Origin: Candidatus Thorarchaeota archaeon | Lineage (GTDB): Archaea > Asgardarchaeota > Thorarchaeia > Thorarchaeales > Thorarchaeaceae | NCBI GenBank assembly: GCA_019057475.1 | Contig: DXJO01000007.1 | Location: 32,001-96,000, forward strand | Length of the DNA stretch: 64,000 nucleotides | Direction: 5' to 3' | Part shown: positions 41,001-51,900 of the stretch, piece after piece | Numbering within the stretch: position 1 is the first letter of the stretch | How the letters are laid out: the number at the start of each line of letters is the position of its first letter | Notes under the pieces: model-generated | The model's input: only the letters and a program-made list of their open reading frames with translations | What the model was told of the DNA's origin: nothing | Database searches by the model: none | Program-made: the position numbers and the translations under genes

Positions 41001-42877
41001 CCAACAGTCAGCACACCAGGAGAACTGCCTGGAGGACCAGTTGTCATGAACCCTGAACCCTCGTTGCCAGCCGAAAAGACATGTAGCACGCCAGGATAAG
41101 CTGGATCAAGGAACAAGGGTGTCGACAGAATGTCCCATGTCAAGGAGTAGTACGCGAACTGACTGGAAGGCTCAGTGACCCAACCCCAAGAGTTGGTAAT
41201 CAGGTCGGCCCTGTGGTTGCCAGTGTATGTCATCTCCCTTGATGTGATGTTCGTCATGTCGAAACCACACGCCCAGATGTAGCTGAAGTAGTCCGATTCA
41301 CCAGTAAGTGCCTTGACTGACAGAATGTCTGCACCAGGCGCGATACCGGTCATCTGGAAGGTGCTCTCATTGTCGAAGTTGTAGTAGGTATTACCGATAC
41401 CTGCAATGTGGGTCGCGGTCGAAGTGCCGTGACTGTCATCGTCGTAGAAGAGACAAAACATGTCACGATCGGACCTGAAGCCATTGAAGATAGGATCGCC
41501 ATTGTATTCCCCGGTAGTAGCATTAACGACGAACCACCCGGCAGCATCATAACCCCAACAGAGAGAACCGAAGCTGACGTCATCTTTCAAGTCACCATCA
41601 TAGTCGTGAGTGACAATTGGATTGTTGAGATCGAAGATCTCACCCGCAGCGAACTCATCAGTGAAGTCGAAATCGAACTCCATGATGATCTCGTATGCGT
41701 CAAAGATGTCGGTAAGATCATAGTTTTTGTACCTGAAAGCACCGTTCCACATCTTCAACCAACCCATTGAGTCCTCCCAATTGAGGATGAGTTTGTTCGT
41801 ATTGTCAGCAGTAGCATTGTAGACCATAACAGGTGCGAAGAACTTCGCGTATGGAGTCCACCTCTGCTGGAATATCCAACCTACAGAGTAGTTACCCTGC
41901 ACGTTAGTTGGAGCAGGAAGCTTCCAGTCCTCTTGGATATAGTCCAGAATCTGGCCAACATCAACGCCCCAAGCTCCAGCATAGAGCCAGATGAAGCCGA
42001 CTCTATTTTTGTACCAAACACCTGGGCTTCCGTCACCGTAGAGGTATCGACCATAATTGCCTCCGTTCAGGAGTGGGTCCCAGTCGGTAACATTTAGGTA
42101 GATGTCGCCGCCTGACTCGTAGGTGAGCATATTGTATGGATCAGCAGTCCACTCAGTCAAGTTCGCTACTGGTGTCGAGTTTGCGTGATACCAGCTCATT
42201 GCCATGCCAAGTCCAGTTCCGTCATATGTGCCGGGATCTAATGCATGCCGTAGATCGGGGTTACCGAAGTCACAGCCTGTGTCTACGTGCCCGACAACAA
42301 CACCGGTGCCGTCATAATTTACCGCAGCACCTGATGTCGCACCAACGACCCCCTTAATGACTTCCATGTCGATACCCTCAGTCGGGGTTTCCCACTGGAA
42401 AGTCTGCGCAATGAGGTCGTCTTCCCTCTCGAATCTGTATAAATTAGAATCGATGAGACCGACACCTTCAATCTCAGCCAACATACTAATTCGGTCTGCT
42501 GATGGAATGGAAACCGACATTGTCGTAAAGATCTTGAGGTCCATAACCATCTCGACATTGACAAGCGCCTCGATTGCATCACGGTCTGCCCATGGGGCGA
42601 CCACAACCATTGCGCTGACACTGCCGTCACGCTTCGTTACCATTTCTTCACTTGCCTCGCCAGTCTCAACCCATTCGGCAAGGAGCGGTGCAACCGTGGC
42701 TGTATAGCCAGGCTGATTCAACGTGTCATACCACGTATCGATTTGCTCCATTGCTTCTGGAGTGAGTTCTGGTGAGCTTGCTAATTCCGCTCGAGGAGGC
42801 GCCGCGGGCGCCATGAAATATGAAAAACATAGTACGAACGCGAAGAGCAGAACTGCCGCTTTATTTGCGTAGCTCAT
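38069..42877 (-). CDS. Large membrane-anchored S8 subtilase (pyrolysin-like), ~1600 aa
   Basis: Signal peptide from MSYANK; triad VDTG, SHGT, GTSQAAP; SAGN; Thr-rich linker, C-terminal TM and KKR. Confidence 0.93.
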   Translation of the reverse strand: MSYANKAAVLLFAFVLCFSYFMAPAAPPRAELASSPELTPEAMEQIDTWYDTLNQPGYTATVAPLLAEWVETGEASEEMVTKRDGSVSAMVVVAPWADRDAIEALVNVEMVMDLKIFTTMSVSIPSADRISMLAEIEGVGLIDSNLYRFEREDDLIAQTFQWETPTEGIDMEVIKGVVGATSGAAVNYDGTGVVVGHVDTGCDFGNPDLRHALDPGTYDGTGLGMAMSWYHANSTPVANLTEWTADPYNMLTYESGGDIYLNVTDWDPLLNGGNYGRYLYGDGSPGVWYKNRVGFIWLYAGAWGVDVGQILDYIQEDWKLPAPTNVQGNYSVGWIFQQRWTPYAKFFAPVMVYNATADNTNKLILNWEDSMGWLKMWNGAFRYKNYDLTDIFDAYEIIMEFDFDFTDEFAAGEIFDLNNPIVTHDYDGDLKDDVSFGSLCWGYDAAGWFVVNATTGEYNGDPIFNGFRSDRDMFCLFYDDDSHGTSTATHIAGIGNTYYNFDNESTFQMTGIAPGADILSVKALTGESDYFSYIWACGFDMTNITSREMTYTGNHRADLITNSWGWVTEPSSQFAYYSLTWDILSTPLFLDPAYPGVLHVFSAGNEGSGFMTTGPPGSSPGVLTVGASTTSHWLDYLYGPDQMDYEGIASFSSKGPSFSGYIKPDIVAPGLGGYAGMPLYGVYFNDIWLPSYRHAPGHTWYNYTMFAGTSQAAPVAAGVAALVYEALGGVVNPAQVKNILQYTAVDLGYDPATQGFGRVDAEAACNFVVNDIGMVGASTDSWNYFANFIGDAWAYWGVLPESWTGLDVNSTTEAYPLDNYEGSLFFGQVMAGDVVTNHLSLYDNAADMYDTPMTWDVDWGAAAGYWLENETYMFTSTTFSYNDTVVIDEQMYGYFNLSEQIGSAYDASEGLYWYMTVGVSFDAGDVAGNESWMFLYDWEDLNDDGMPNLWNASSGEGSELSRITSASDVSNTNMMPFARPMGVPVGAGLDGDIVLVIHDPIHDYNQTMPGNDFTCTVIFWGFVEAPELKFAAGGTTNTVNVTLTAPAEVGIHLGYAMVSDGVSPFVKIPYSYTVVANLTADEGEVNTIVEGYGAVLEPYDNAMYGCMDGDPDDWDFRTLVVHNNLGEGYLGIRVIWADTGNDMYVSVLSSEGLELANGHGMTATTTAVIAAVTGDGDYYLHLHPIALNGTLGLPVEYDVEVMWYSDLGTEEVIVTYDADNLPNPIPMAVGETIDEDTATGDHVVINASYPAFELVNMPEYEVTGITISFLAGVYFHETRDLVIPDSSYDPFSGPIQFDEFDWMFVDGIKNGDTVDIEVDFTNGDCDVMVWWTSVDNSTWTYDNNLVGSVMATGAHPEVGSFTADRDGEIAVGCFDYDLAAGTWTLTVDTRVGLDIPAVGPECTYDTYQFLKNGSFQVLVAAVTETNIDFDVNYPSFTFNNFFAPEMLTVTVAGTGASKTISWTSSDLNAGDEHFYEVLISADSGESYQLIATNVTTGSYVWDSTSFLARDTYRAMVRVYDNDPTENPDAAATGEFWMGLTDSLESSVFSAGTLTETTTTDTTPTTTTTTVVQPFLDPLWIGLIAGIGAGVVVVLILFLVKKR

Positions 42878-43169
42878 TTTTTTTCTCTTTCTCCTCACTT
42901 CTGTTACTAGAGAACAAGTCGCTGAGCTATGCAAGCCATAAGACATGACATTGCGTCAACGATAACAACTTCCATGTTTGCCAGGTAGCAAACACATCTC
43001 CTCAATTTCGCGTTCTCTAGCTTCGATGTGATTGTTCCGTTTCTACAAAAGAGCGCAATAAAAGGATTGTGACTTGTTTTGGGCAAGCAAGAATGCGCAT
43101 TTCTGCTGAGATAAGATAAAACGAAACCCGAATGTTTCCAATCTACAGTTAATGGGTCTGAGATGCCTA

Positions 43170-44279
43170 TCAAGCCCGGGTCATTTTCTTGATGCTGTCA
43201 ACGATCTCGTGAGCCATCATAACAGCCCCAATCAGTTCGATCTTGGGCTTATCCCGCTCGCTAGGTGGACCGGTGATTCGTCCCATTGACTTATCAAGGT
43301 TCTCTATCAGATTAGTCAGGGCCACCTTGGCACTGCCATCAATGGAGCTGCCTTCAACCTGTGATATCAACAGCGCCAAGTCTGACATGACGCTGTCTGC
43401 AATCTCAGTTGCTGTTTGTGCGCGCCGGCTATAATCCTCAATCATAGATTCTCGGGTCTTCAGTGCATCTTCAAGCTGTGTGATCTTCTCGCCACCACCC
43501 ACTGTCGCATCCTTTTCGGCAGACTCCATGATGAGTCTAAGGTTGGCAAGTTCTGACTGAAGAATACCTATCCGCTGGTCCTTCGCGCTTATGGTCACCA
43601 AGAGCTCGTTTTCCTTGTCATCTAATCTCTCTGCCGGCGAAGCTGCTGCCTTTAGCTGGGCCTTCAGCTCCATGTGCGCAGCTTCACGCTCTGCAACCAA
43701 TGTTTTTAGAGATTCAATTTCTCCCTGGAACGTTGACAGATTTGCTTCCTTTTCTGATACGAACTCGCTAAGTTTCTTGTTTTCACTCTCAAGCCTCTGA
43801 ATCTCAGGCTTGTACCCCTTTGCATCATCCTTAGCTGCGGCCAACTCCTGTTTCAGACTAACGAAGTCCGGATTAGGAGGCGCAATGACACGGTTTGCTA
43901 ATACTGCGAACAGAACGCCGATGATGACTATGTATGCAACCCCTACGAACACTATTCCGAATACAGAATCCGTGACAAACTGAAGCACACGAACGAACAG
44001 ACTCCAAGAACCAAGTGTAAGTTCATCAGGTCCCCACCAGATGGATCCAAAGCCTGCATACAGCACCAGCATGAATGCCAGAGCGTAGCATACGATACCT
44101 CCTAGAACTAGTAGATTCCTATTGCGTTTCTCCCGTGGCATGTACCTCTGATACAACAGGAAGACAGTTCCCACGAAAATGAGTGGGAGCACATAGGGAA
44201 CCACTGCAGCGACATCGCTGCCTGGAAACTCGAAGTCAATTAGGGCGCCAATGCCCGATGTGATGCCAGGGCTAACCAA
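43170..44279 (-). CDS. Membrane protein with long C-terminal coiled coil
   Basis: Three N-terminal TM segments followed by about 200 aa of heptad-rich helix. Confidence 0.8.
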   Translation of the reverse strand: MVSPGITSGIGALIDFEFPGSDVAAVVPYVLPLIFVGTVFLLYQRYMPREKRNRNLLVLGGIVCYALAFMLVLYAGFGSIWWGPDELTLGSWSLFVRVLQFVTDSVFGIVFVGVAYIVIIGVLFAVLANRVIAPPNPDFVSLKQELAAAKDDAKGYKPEIQRLESENKKLSEFVSEKEANLSTFQGEIESLKTLVAEREAAHMELKAQLKAAASPAERLDDKENELLVTISAKDQRIGILQSELANLRLIMESAEKDATVGGGEKITQLEDALKTRESMIEDYSRRAQTATEIADSVMSDLALLISQVEGSSIDGSAKVALTNLIENLDKSMGRITGPPSERDKPKIELIGAVMMAHEIVDSIKKMTRA

Positions 44280-44538
44280 AGCGAATCCTCCTAGGAGAGC
44301 TGATTATAACTCCAGAACATAGGTTAAATCATTTCTTCCCGTGAACTAACCATGGCTCCATCAAGGATTTGTTGTTCAAACCACCAAAAGGAGGCAAAAT
44401 ACTGATGCGGTCCTACTCCCTCCAAAGATCAGCCTTCAGGGTTTCGTGATCCTCAACTATGAGGTCCAAACTCTTGATGAGCCTGCTTACCTCGTCGATC
44501 GAGAGCAAGAATGCCCCCTTGATGTCACGGTCCTCACC

Positions 44539-44633
44539 GTTCATTTTTTCTTGGACAAACTTAGACATCAAGCTGTCCGTCCAGGGACGGCACTGGACTC
44601 TACTCTCAGATTGATTATGTTGCACTTAAGGTC
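44539..44633 (-). mobile_element. Stand-alone remnant of the tnpB element right end (second omegaRNA-like copy)
   Basis: Minus strand GTCCAGTGCCGTCCCTGGACGGACAGCTTGATGTCTAAGTTTGTCCAAGAAAAAATGAAC|GGT aligns with 37688-37753. Translates NIINLRVESSAVPGRT vs TnpB NIIHVQSRSSAAPGRT. Confidence 0.8.
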
Positions 44634-44775
44634 GTATGAAAACTGCCAAAACAGCATCATCCAAACTTGTCAGAAGGCCTTCATTTGTCTGTCCAACTTG
44701 TTCCAGGTTCGTTGCAGCCGCAAGACAATCCTTATTTTGAGAAGGAAAACCCTCTGCACGGACGGAACCACCACA

Positions 44776-47664
44776 ATGTCGCTTATTCACAATAACCTCA
44801 TCAGGAAAGTCGCAGTCGCTGTATTCCTTGCGCTTCTTTTGATGCCCGTATCAATAGTGGTTGTAGAAGCTGCCACCACTGGAAGTACGGAGCAGACAAG
44901 CAAGATTAGCGCGAGCCTTAGCGAGAAGATGGCTAACATTCAGTCTAACGAATTGATACCCATTGTAGTGCAATTCCCTGATGGGTCCGAGTCTGATTGG
45001 ATGCGATACGTAATCGAAGCAAGCGACATTGATGATGTCGTTGTCAGGCACGTATTCCACATGATACCAACGGTATCGCTCTATGCAGCCTCCGATGAAA
45101 TCACTACATTGGCTACACTTCGTGATGTCAAGTTTCTCTCACTGGATGCGAAGATGTCCATTGACACCGAACTTTCAGACCAAGGAGAAGCTGCTGCTGC
45201 AGACGGTTTTGGCTATCAGCATCCAGACGAGGTTTTGGGCGTGGAGGACTTGTGGGCCCAGGGTTATGATGGTAGTGGCATCACGGTGGCGATACTAGAC
45301 AGCGGTGCGGATGCTTTGCACCCGGATCTCCAAGATAGCCTAGTTGGGTTCCGAGATTTCATCAACGACAATGAGGACCTAGATCCATCAGATGGAATCG
45401 ATGCCTATGACGACAACGGTCACGGAACTGCTTGTGCTTGGCTCGTGGCAGGCTCTGGAGCTGACAATGGAGGTAATTACACTGGAATGGCACCGGGGGC
45501 GGATCTCCTCATCATCAAGATTCTAGACGCCGCGGGAAATGGAGAAGATTCATTGATAGCCGCAGGCATTGAGTACGCTGTTGACCAAGATGCCGATGTA
45601 ATTAGCATAAGCGTGGGAGGTCAGTGGGTGGACACCGCAGAACCCTCGATAGCCATGGCGCAAGAGGCTGTATCCCAAGGAGTGACAGTTGTGATTGCAT
45701 CAGGAAATGAAGGGCCTTCTGCATATACTATGAACTCGCCAGGGGTGACACAGGAAGTCATAACTGTTGGCGCTACAGCGGGAGCCGACGGAGTTGTTGG
45801 GTTCAGCAGCAGAGGACCTGTTGTGAATCAACATACAGAGCCGTACGGCCACTTTGCTAAACCCGATCTTGTCGCACCGGGTTACAATGTGTTTTCAGGA
45901 AGGGCAGCCGATGCCTCGTTTGAGTACTCCATCTACAATCAATCACAGTATGGTAGCTCCTACACCATGTGGTCTGGAACCTCGGCATCAACCCCACAGA
46001 TTGCGGGTCTTGCTGCGCTCCTTCTCGACAAACACGTCGCTTTAACGCCTATCGAAACTAAGACGGCTCTGATGTCTGGGGCAACCGATCTCGGCGCAGA
46101 CCCAATGGAACAGGGTTGGGGCCTAGCTAATGCAACAAGGGCATCCGAGATTCTTGAAGAGTCATCGAGGCTGCTGACAATCGTGACTCCAAAGAGATAT
46201 CCCACGCTTCCCGGCGGTTCCAAGGTGTTCATTGTAGGTGACGAGCGGGCAGCACAGAATGTCACTGTAATGTCCACGGTGAACCGAGGTGCTCTTGACA
46301 TTGAGCTGACCGGAAATGTGAGTCAATTCATCGTTGTTGACGAGAGCGTTGCTGTAGCAGTAGGATACTCGTACTTCACCATAGACTTGGAAGTTCCAAC
46401 CAACCTATCACTCGATGCAGTCGGACCCTACGAAGGGCAAGTGGCGTTGATTTCAGGCACAGATACATTCGCTACAATGGACCTTCACCTCACAATCACT
46501 GTATTTGGCGGACGATTGCTTGTAGATATGGCGCATCACTCGTATGAAGACCCTGATGATCCATCACTCTATCAATACTTCAGGGAATACTTAGAAGAAC
46601 GCGGCGTGATAATGGAGGAATTCTCAAGCCCTGAGAATCCCCAACCCATTGACTCGGATGCATTAGCTGCCGCTGATACATTCATGATTATGGATACGGA
46701 AACCCCATATGACGCAGACGAGATTGATGCACTTCATCAACTTGTTCAGGAAGGCGGAACTCTGCTTGTCATGTCCGAGTTCTACAATAGCACCGACGGT
46801 ACCGCTGCATTCGCGATAGATTCATACAACGAGATTTTGGCTCCTTACGGAATCGAGTGTGAGGAGTATGAGATCGGTGTGGGTTCACTTCCCATGACAG
46901 GGGAGGTATATGGAGCAGATCACGGAGGAGCTGTGGAAAATCACTCGCTAGTGGAGGGTGTGGATAATCTATACATCACGTGGGGATCCACATTGCACGT
47001 TGATAGTGCAGTCGCAGGAGCGCAAGGGCTGCTCTGGGTGGATGCTGCAAAAACACACGCAATCGTAGCAACGGTTGATTATGGTCTTGGCAGAGTAATA
47101 GTTGTTTCAGATGGGTCAATACTATACGATACATGGCTGTATGATGCCATCCGCGAAGACGCTGACAACTTGAGGCTCTTGAAGAATATCGCATCTTCGC
47201 TTCTTTCAGTAAAGCCAAGAATTTACGACGTCGAAATGAAGGCCGGACAGATAGGTGAACCAGCGAATGTGACTGCATTCGTCTTCAGTGACAACATTGA
47301 GGAAGTCACAATCGAGGTGTATGCACCTAATGGCTTGAACATCACTGGAGCAGCTACGGAAACCCTAGGCTACAGATTCACTCAGGCATTCACCTTGAAG
47401 AGTGCTGGGTTCTATGAGGTGAAGATAGTTGCCACCGATGCAGATGGAAACACAAGGATTGTGGAACGGATTTTCTTGGTGCCAATCGACTTTGTACCTG
47501 ATGATGTTGTGATTGGGGTCATCGTTGCTCTGTTGGCAGTAGTTGTGACAGGGGTGGTATACGTCGGAATCAAACACTTTGGAATAGGCAAGCGAAGGAA
47601 GCGCCGAGTAGAACCCGAGTGGGAGATAAGTGTCGGAAACGGTGATCCTCCCACTATCCAATAG
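44776..47664 (+). CDS. Membrane-anchored S8 subtilase with C-terminal GATase-like domain
   Basis: Likely start MSLIHNN with signal peptide; LDSG, GHGT, SGN, GTSASTP; LVDMAH...GGTLLV...GRVIVVSD; C-terminal TM. Confidence 0.9.
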   Translation: MSLIHNNLIRKVAVAVFLALLLMPVSIVVVEAATTGSTEQTSKISASLSEKMANIQSNELIPIVVQFPDGSESDWMRYVIEASDIDDVVVRHVFHMIPTVSLYAASDEITTLATLRDVKFLSLDAKMSIDTELSDQGEAAAADGFGYQHPDEVLGVEDLWAQGYDGSGITVAILDSGADALHPDLQDSLVGFRDFINDNEDLDPSDGIDAYDDNGHGTACAWLVAGSGADNGGNYTGMAPGADLLIIKILDAAGNGEDSLIAAGIEYAVDQDADVISISVGGQWVDTAEPSIAMAQEAVSQGVTVVIASGNEGPSAYTMNSPGVTQEVITVGATAGADGVVGFSSRGPVVNQHTEPYGHFAKPDLVAPGYNVFSGRAADASFEYSIYNQSQYGSSYTMWSGTSASTPQIAGLAALLLDKHVALTPIETKTALMSGATDLGADPMEQGWGLANATRASEILEESSRLLTIVTPKRYPTLPGGSKVFIVGDERAAQNVTVMSTVNRGALDIELTGNVSQFIVVDESVAVAVGYSYFTIDLEVPTNLSLDAVGPYEGQVALISGTDTFATMDLHLTITVFGGRLLVDMAHHSYEDPDDPSLYQYFREYLEERGVIMEEFSSPENPQPIDSDALAAADTFMIMDTETPYDADEIDALHQLVQEGGTLLVMSEFYNSTDGTAAFAIDSYNEILAPYGIECEEYEIGVGSLPMTGEVYGADHGGAVENHSLVEGVDNLYITWGSTLHVDSAVAGAQGLLWVDAAKTHAIVATVDYGLGRVIVVSDGSILYDTWLYDAIREDADNLRLLKNIASSLLSVKPRIYDVEMKAGQIGEPANVTAFVFSDNIEEVTIEVYAPNGLNITGAATETLGYRFTQAFTLKSAGFYEVKIVATDADGNTRIVERIFLVPIDFVPDDVVIGVIVALLAVVVTGVVYVGIKHFGIGKRRKRRVEPEWEISVGNGDPPTIQ

Positions 47665-48937
47665 GACCAAGCATGTTCTCCAAGAGATCCTTGATGCGCT
47701 CATGTCTAGGCTTGAGAAGGGGCTTCTCGCTGAGCTTTGCTCCTGACTCAATCCGCTCAAGAATCTGATAGGCGATGGGAGCTCCCATTCTCGCGGAAAG
47801 AACCTGTCCTCCAATCAAACGATCATCCTTGGTCGTTACAAGTGCAATCTTGGCGAATTCAGCAGGATCATCCAGATAATGAGTTTTCGTTTTAATTCCT
47901 GCCCCAGAGGCGGTGATTGAAGAGTGTCCAATGCACACAATGTCTGTGTTGAAGATACGGTCGTATTGTAGCTTTAATGCCGTATCGCTGTAAACCTTCT
48001 TGCCGCCCACTGCAGTCACACCAGCCTGACGACCCGCACGAGCAGCGGCGCTACCAACCGGCAGCAGCATAGGTTTGCCAGATAGGCGATCCATCAGTTC
48101 AACGCAGTCACCCACTGCGTAGACTCCATCTGCAGAGGTTTCCATGGTCGGTCCAACTACTACGCCACCCAGGGAACCAATCTTCAAGCCAAGAGTCTTA
48201 GCGAGTTCTGTGTTCGGACTTACTCCAGTCATGAAGAGAACAGCGTCTGCAAGCATTTCTTCACTTCCGACGACCAGCCCCTTGACTCGGTCCGTCCCAG
48301 TAACTCGTTCGGGTGATGAGCCTTTGTGGACAATCACCCCAGGGGGGATGCGCGACTCCAACTCATCGCTCATTGGCTCTTCAAGAAGACGGCGCATGAA
48401 ACGTGAACGAACGATGAGATGAACATCCTTGCCCATCTCGCGTAGTCGATCAGCAGTTTCCAACCCGCTGAATCCAGCTCCCACTATAATCACGGTTTCC
48501 GCATCCCGTAGAGTCTCTCCGATTCTGCTTGCATCCACCATGGTCTGGATTGTGTGGACACCAGGCAGGTCTACGCCCGGCATCTCAGGAACTGCAGGTA
48601 CTCCTCCTGTGGCAAGAACCAGCTTGTCGTAGCTGATTGTGGAAGACTTGCCCTTCGAGTCAACTGTCTGGAGCGTACGTTCCCCAGTATCAGCGGAAAT
48701 GACTCGCACGCCAGGACTAACCTCGATCCGTTTCTTGCGTAGTGTATCATATGACCAATCAGCTATGAAGAGTTTTTCAGAATCAGGAAACTCCAGAGCT
48801 AGGGAAGAACCCGGCTTCCTGTGCGCCTGTATCGTTTCATCGGTAATGAGTAAAATCTCAGCATCTCTGTCGAAAGCTCTTGCGGCAGTTGCAGCTGCGA
48901 CTCCACCCGGTCCATATCCTATTATGACAAGCTTCAT
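47654..48937 (-). CDS. FAD-dependent pyridine nucleotide oxidoreductase (Nox/CoADR-like)
   Basis: GYGPGG, LATGG, GAGFSGLE, T....YAVGDC. Confidence 0.88.
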   Translation of the reverse strand: MKLVIIGYGPGGVAAATAARAFDRDAEILLITDETIQAHRKPGSSLALEFPDSEKLFIADWSYDTLRKKRIEVSPGVRVISADTGERTLQTVDSKGKSSTISYDKLVLATGGVPAVPEMPGVDLPGVHTIQTMVDASRIGETLRDAETVIIVGAGFSGLETADRLREMGKDVHLIVRSRFMRRLLEEPMSDELESRIPPGVIVHKGSSPERVTGTDRVKGLVVGSEEMLADAVLFMTGVSPNTELAKTLGLKIGSLGGVVVGPTMETSADGVYAVGDCVELMDRLSGKPMLLPVGSAAARAGRQAGVTAVGGKKVYSDTALKLQYDRIFNTDIVCIGHSSITASGAGIKTKTHYLDDPAEFAKIALVTTKDDRLIGGQVLSARMGAPIAYQILERIESGAKLSEKPLLKPRHERIKDLLENMLGPIG

Positions 48938-48942
48938 GGTTC

Positions 48943-51900
48943 TTAACCGCCTCTACGTCTTAAACGAATCTGGTAAATAACCGCTACTATAACAACTAAA
49001 CCCACGATTGGCAGCAGGAGCAAGACCATGGAGTTGTCTTCAATGACTGATAGCGTACCTAATTGGTGTTCGATTACATCGCCATCTAGGCCCTTGGCCA
49101 CGGCGTAGACGTCATAGTCACCCACCATGAATCCAGATGCAGAGATATCGAACACGTATTCTCCTTGAGACCCAGACAGCGTGAAGTTTAGCCAGAGTCC
49201 TTGTTGTGAACGGAACCCAATGTAGACTCTGTCCACCAGATGGTAGCCTTCCAGGACAATTGTGCCTGTTACGTAATCCTGAATCAATAACCCAACTCTC
49301 ACAGTATTCTGATCGAGAACAGCAGAGGCAAAGCGCAGAACATAACCAAGACCTGCCGAGAGGGCTACAATTGGCATCGTGAAGCTCTCTTCGGAATCAT
49401 TCACAACGAGAAGAACGCTGAGGAGATCATTTGCTTCCAGAATCTCAAGACCCACTTGAATATTCAGCGAGTTAATTCCCGATCCTAGTCCGGAGTCAAT
49501 CACAGACAGGCTTCCTGTGACTACACTCCACTGAATACTCAGCGAGGATGTAGGGTCATCTCGGTCGCTGATTGCCACATTGAAAGAGTATCCGATGTCT
49601 GAAGGCGTTATAGTAACACCATCAACAAGCGGACGCCACTGATTCATCAAGTCTGCCGGGTCTGTTACATCTGCAGGAGAAAGAGATTGGTTGTGAGTGG
49701 AAATAGCGATTGTACCACGCGTTGTGGAGTCTGAACGTTCAACCAAGAGAAAGACAGTACTCGCATCACTCCACCAGTCTGCGGCTAATGCTGAAGGTAG
49801 AAACGAGGATCCAAGCCAACCATAGGCGTGGGCTGCGCCTGCAGTCACATTTACCATGAGGTCCACACCACTTTGCCCAGTTGATGAATTCGAGTCAGTG
49901 TCCCATTTTAATGTCAATGTATTGCTGGAGGCAAAATCGGGAATTCCCCGCATCGTCACTGCCAGCCCAAGTTGATCTGCCTCTTGATATGCCTTCACAG
50001 AAAGAATGTCCAGGCTTGCATTCAATGCATTATCAACCGAGTCATCAATGACCTCAGTGAGTCCAACCCAATCTGCAGCAGTCATCCCAGTTTCGAAGGA
50101 GAGGTCGAGAACATGTCTGACTGACCAAAGTGAATCACAGAGGCCGTAGCCCCAATCAGTCAACGAAGGCGACTTGTGATCCTCCTCGCCTCCGGCACCC
50201 TCCAGCAGAGCTGTCATGCTCAACCAACCAGTATCACTCTGTGCTGCCTGCCGTATCAACGCAAGAACACCCGCCACGTGTGGAGCGGCCATGCTTGTAC
50301 CACTTTTCCCTATCCACAGAGATGTTATACTCCTGGATGCGGCTTTTATGTTGACTCCAGGTGCCGCCACTTCAGGCTTAGATACGCCGTCTATGCGGGG
50401 ACCCATGCTGGATGATGTACTGATTGAATGAGAGGCTTCCGAGTACGCCGCCACGGTCACACCCAAATCGGCGGTGCCAGGAGAACTGATTGTTCGCATA
50501 TCGTCAACGTGAGATGAGAATCTGAGATTCAACCCATCCCACCTGTTGTCCCATGCGTATCCGTCCACCCAGATGGATTCACCAGAGGGATTGCTAACTG
50601 AGATGGTCCAGGTTCCAGAATCCCATTCGTGATTCTCCGTTGAGAGTTGAATTATGAGCCTGTTCAAACCGCGCGTACTGACATCAGCAAAGACGTAGGC
50701 GCTGATGTTGGGTGCATTCAAAGGCAGAGCTGAACCAGCCAAGTCGCTGAAAGCGCCCAGATCTATCGAATCACCGCTTCCAGGAGGTGTGAGTATTACA
50801 TGCTCATCTCGGTCGGAGCTGTGCCACAGAAGGCTCACGAATCCATGCTGAGGGGGATTGAAAACCGACAGATTTACATCTGAACTTCCGCCAGCAGTAA
50901 CTTCAAACCCTGCGTGCTTTGACAGTCCACGCAGATTGCCAGCAGCCAATGTCGAAAGCGTTCCGTTAATCATGAGTGCTTCAGACACCGCCAAATCCTC
51001 AATGTCCGTCCCATCGAGGAAGCCCAGATAGCTTGAGAAGGACATATTGATTATGTCCGCGTCGTTCATAACGGCGAAGTGAATGCCATCCAGAATATCA
51101 CTTGATTCAAGGTCACTCTTGACGATAATGAGGTCCGCCCCAGGGGCAACTCCAACCAGTGAAGTGAAACCGGGCTGACCGCCCGCTATCGTTGATGCAA
51201 CGTGTGATCCGTGTCCATGATAATCGCTAACTGATGGACCTTGAGTTGTGAGGTTGACTCCTCTGACATAGACCGCATTGTTCGGCTGGTCATAGAAGAT
51301 GGATATCTTTGACTCTCCAAACACCACGACCTTCTCCGTTGGAAGTGAGATTACATTGTCGTGGTTTGCATCCACTCCACCAATCCATAAATCCCCGAGA
51401 TTGTATTGGAAGACGCCGTCATCATCAACGTCGATGTACATGTAATTCTCTGAGTACGCGAATGCCGTGAGATCCTGAGAAACTACCGAAGCAATAGGTC
51501 CCTCTTTAGGATCAGCTATTGTGTCATTGTCCAGGTCCACATAGAAATCTGCACCCTGTTGAATCACCGTCAGTTCACTGGTATTCTGACGCCAAAAGCT
51601 GGGATGACGCCACTCTGCACCCGTGTCAATCACCGCAACGGTGATACCACTGCCATTGATTGAGTTGCCATCTTCCTTGATGTTGTTCCATACCTCTGGA
51701 GCGTTCACAGCGGGCACGGAAGTACTGAGTGCTGGGATGAACTTCTTGCTACCGGAGGTGGCTTTCACCAATCCGAGTGAATCTAGCGCAGTTAATGCAT
51801 CAACACTTGGCACATATGCAGAGTAGATCCGCCCAACATTGACGATGGATGAGCCTCGACGGTCAAACACCACACCCATACCCTCAGCTATCTCTATCTC

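Noticed and set aside
44446-44775. 110-aa N-terminal extension of the subtilase ORF
   Set aside because: Overlaps the element remnant and promoter. The signal peptide begins at ATG 44776.
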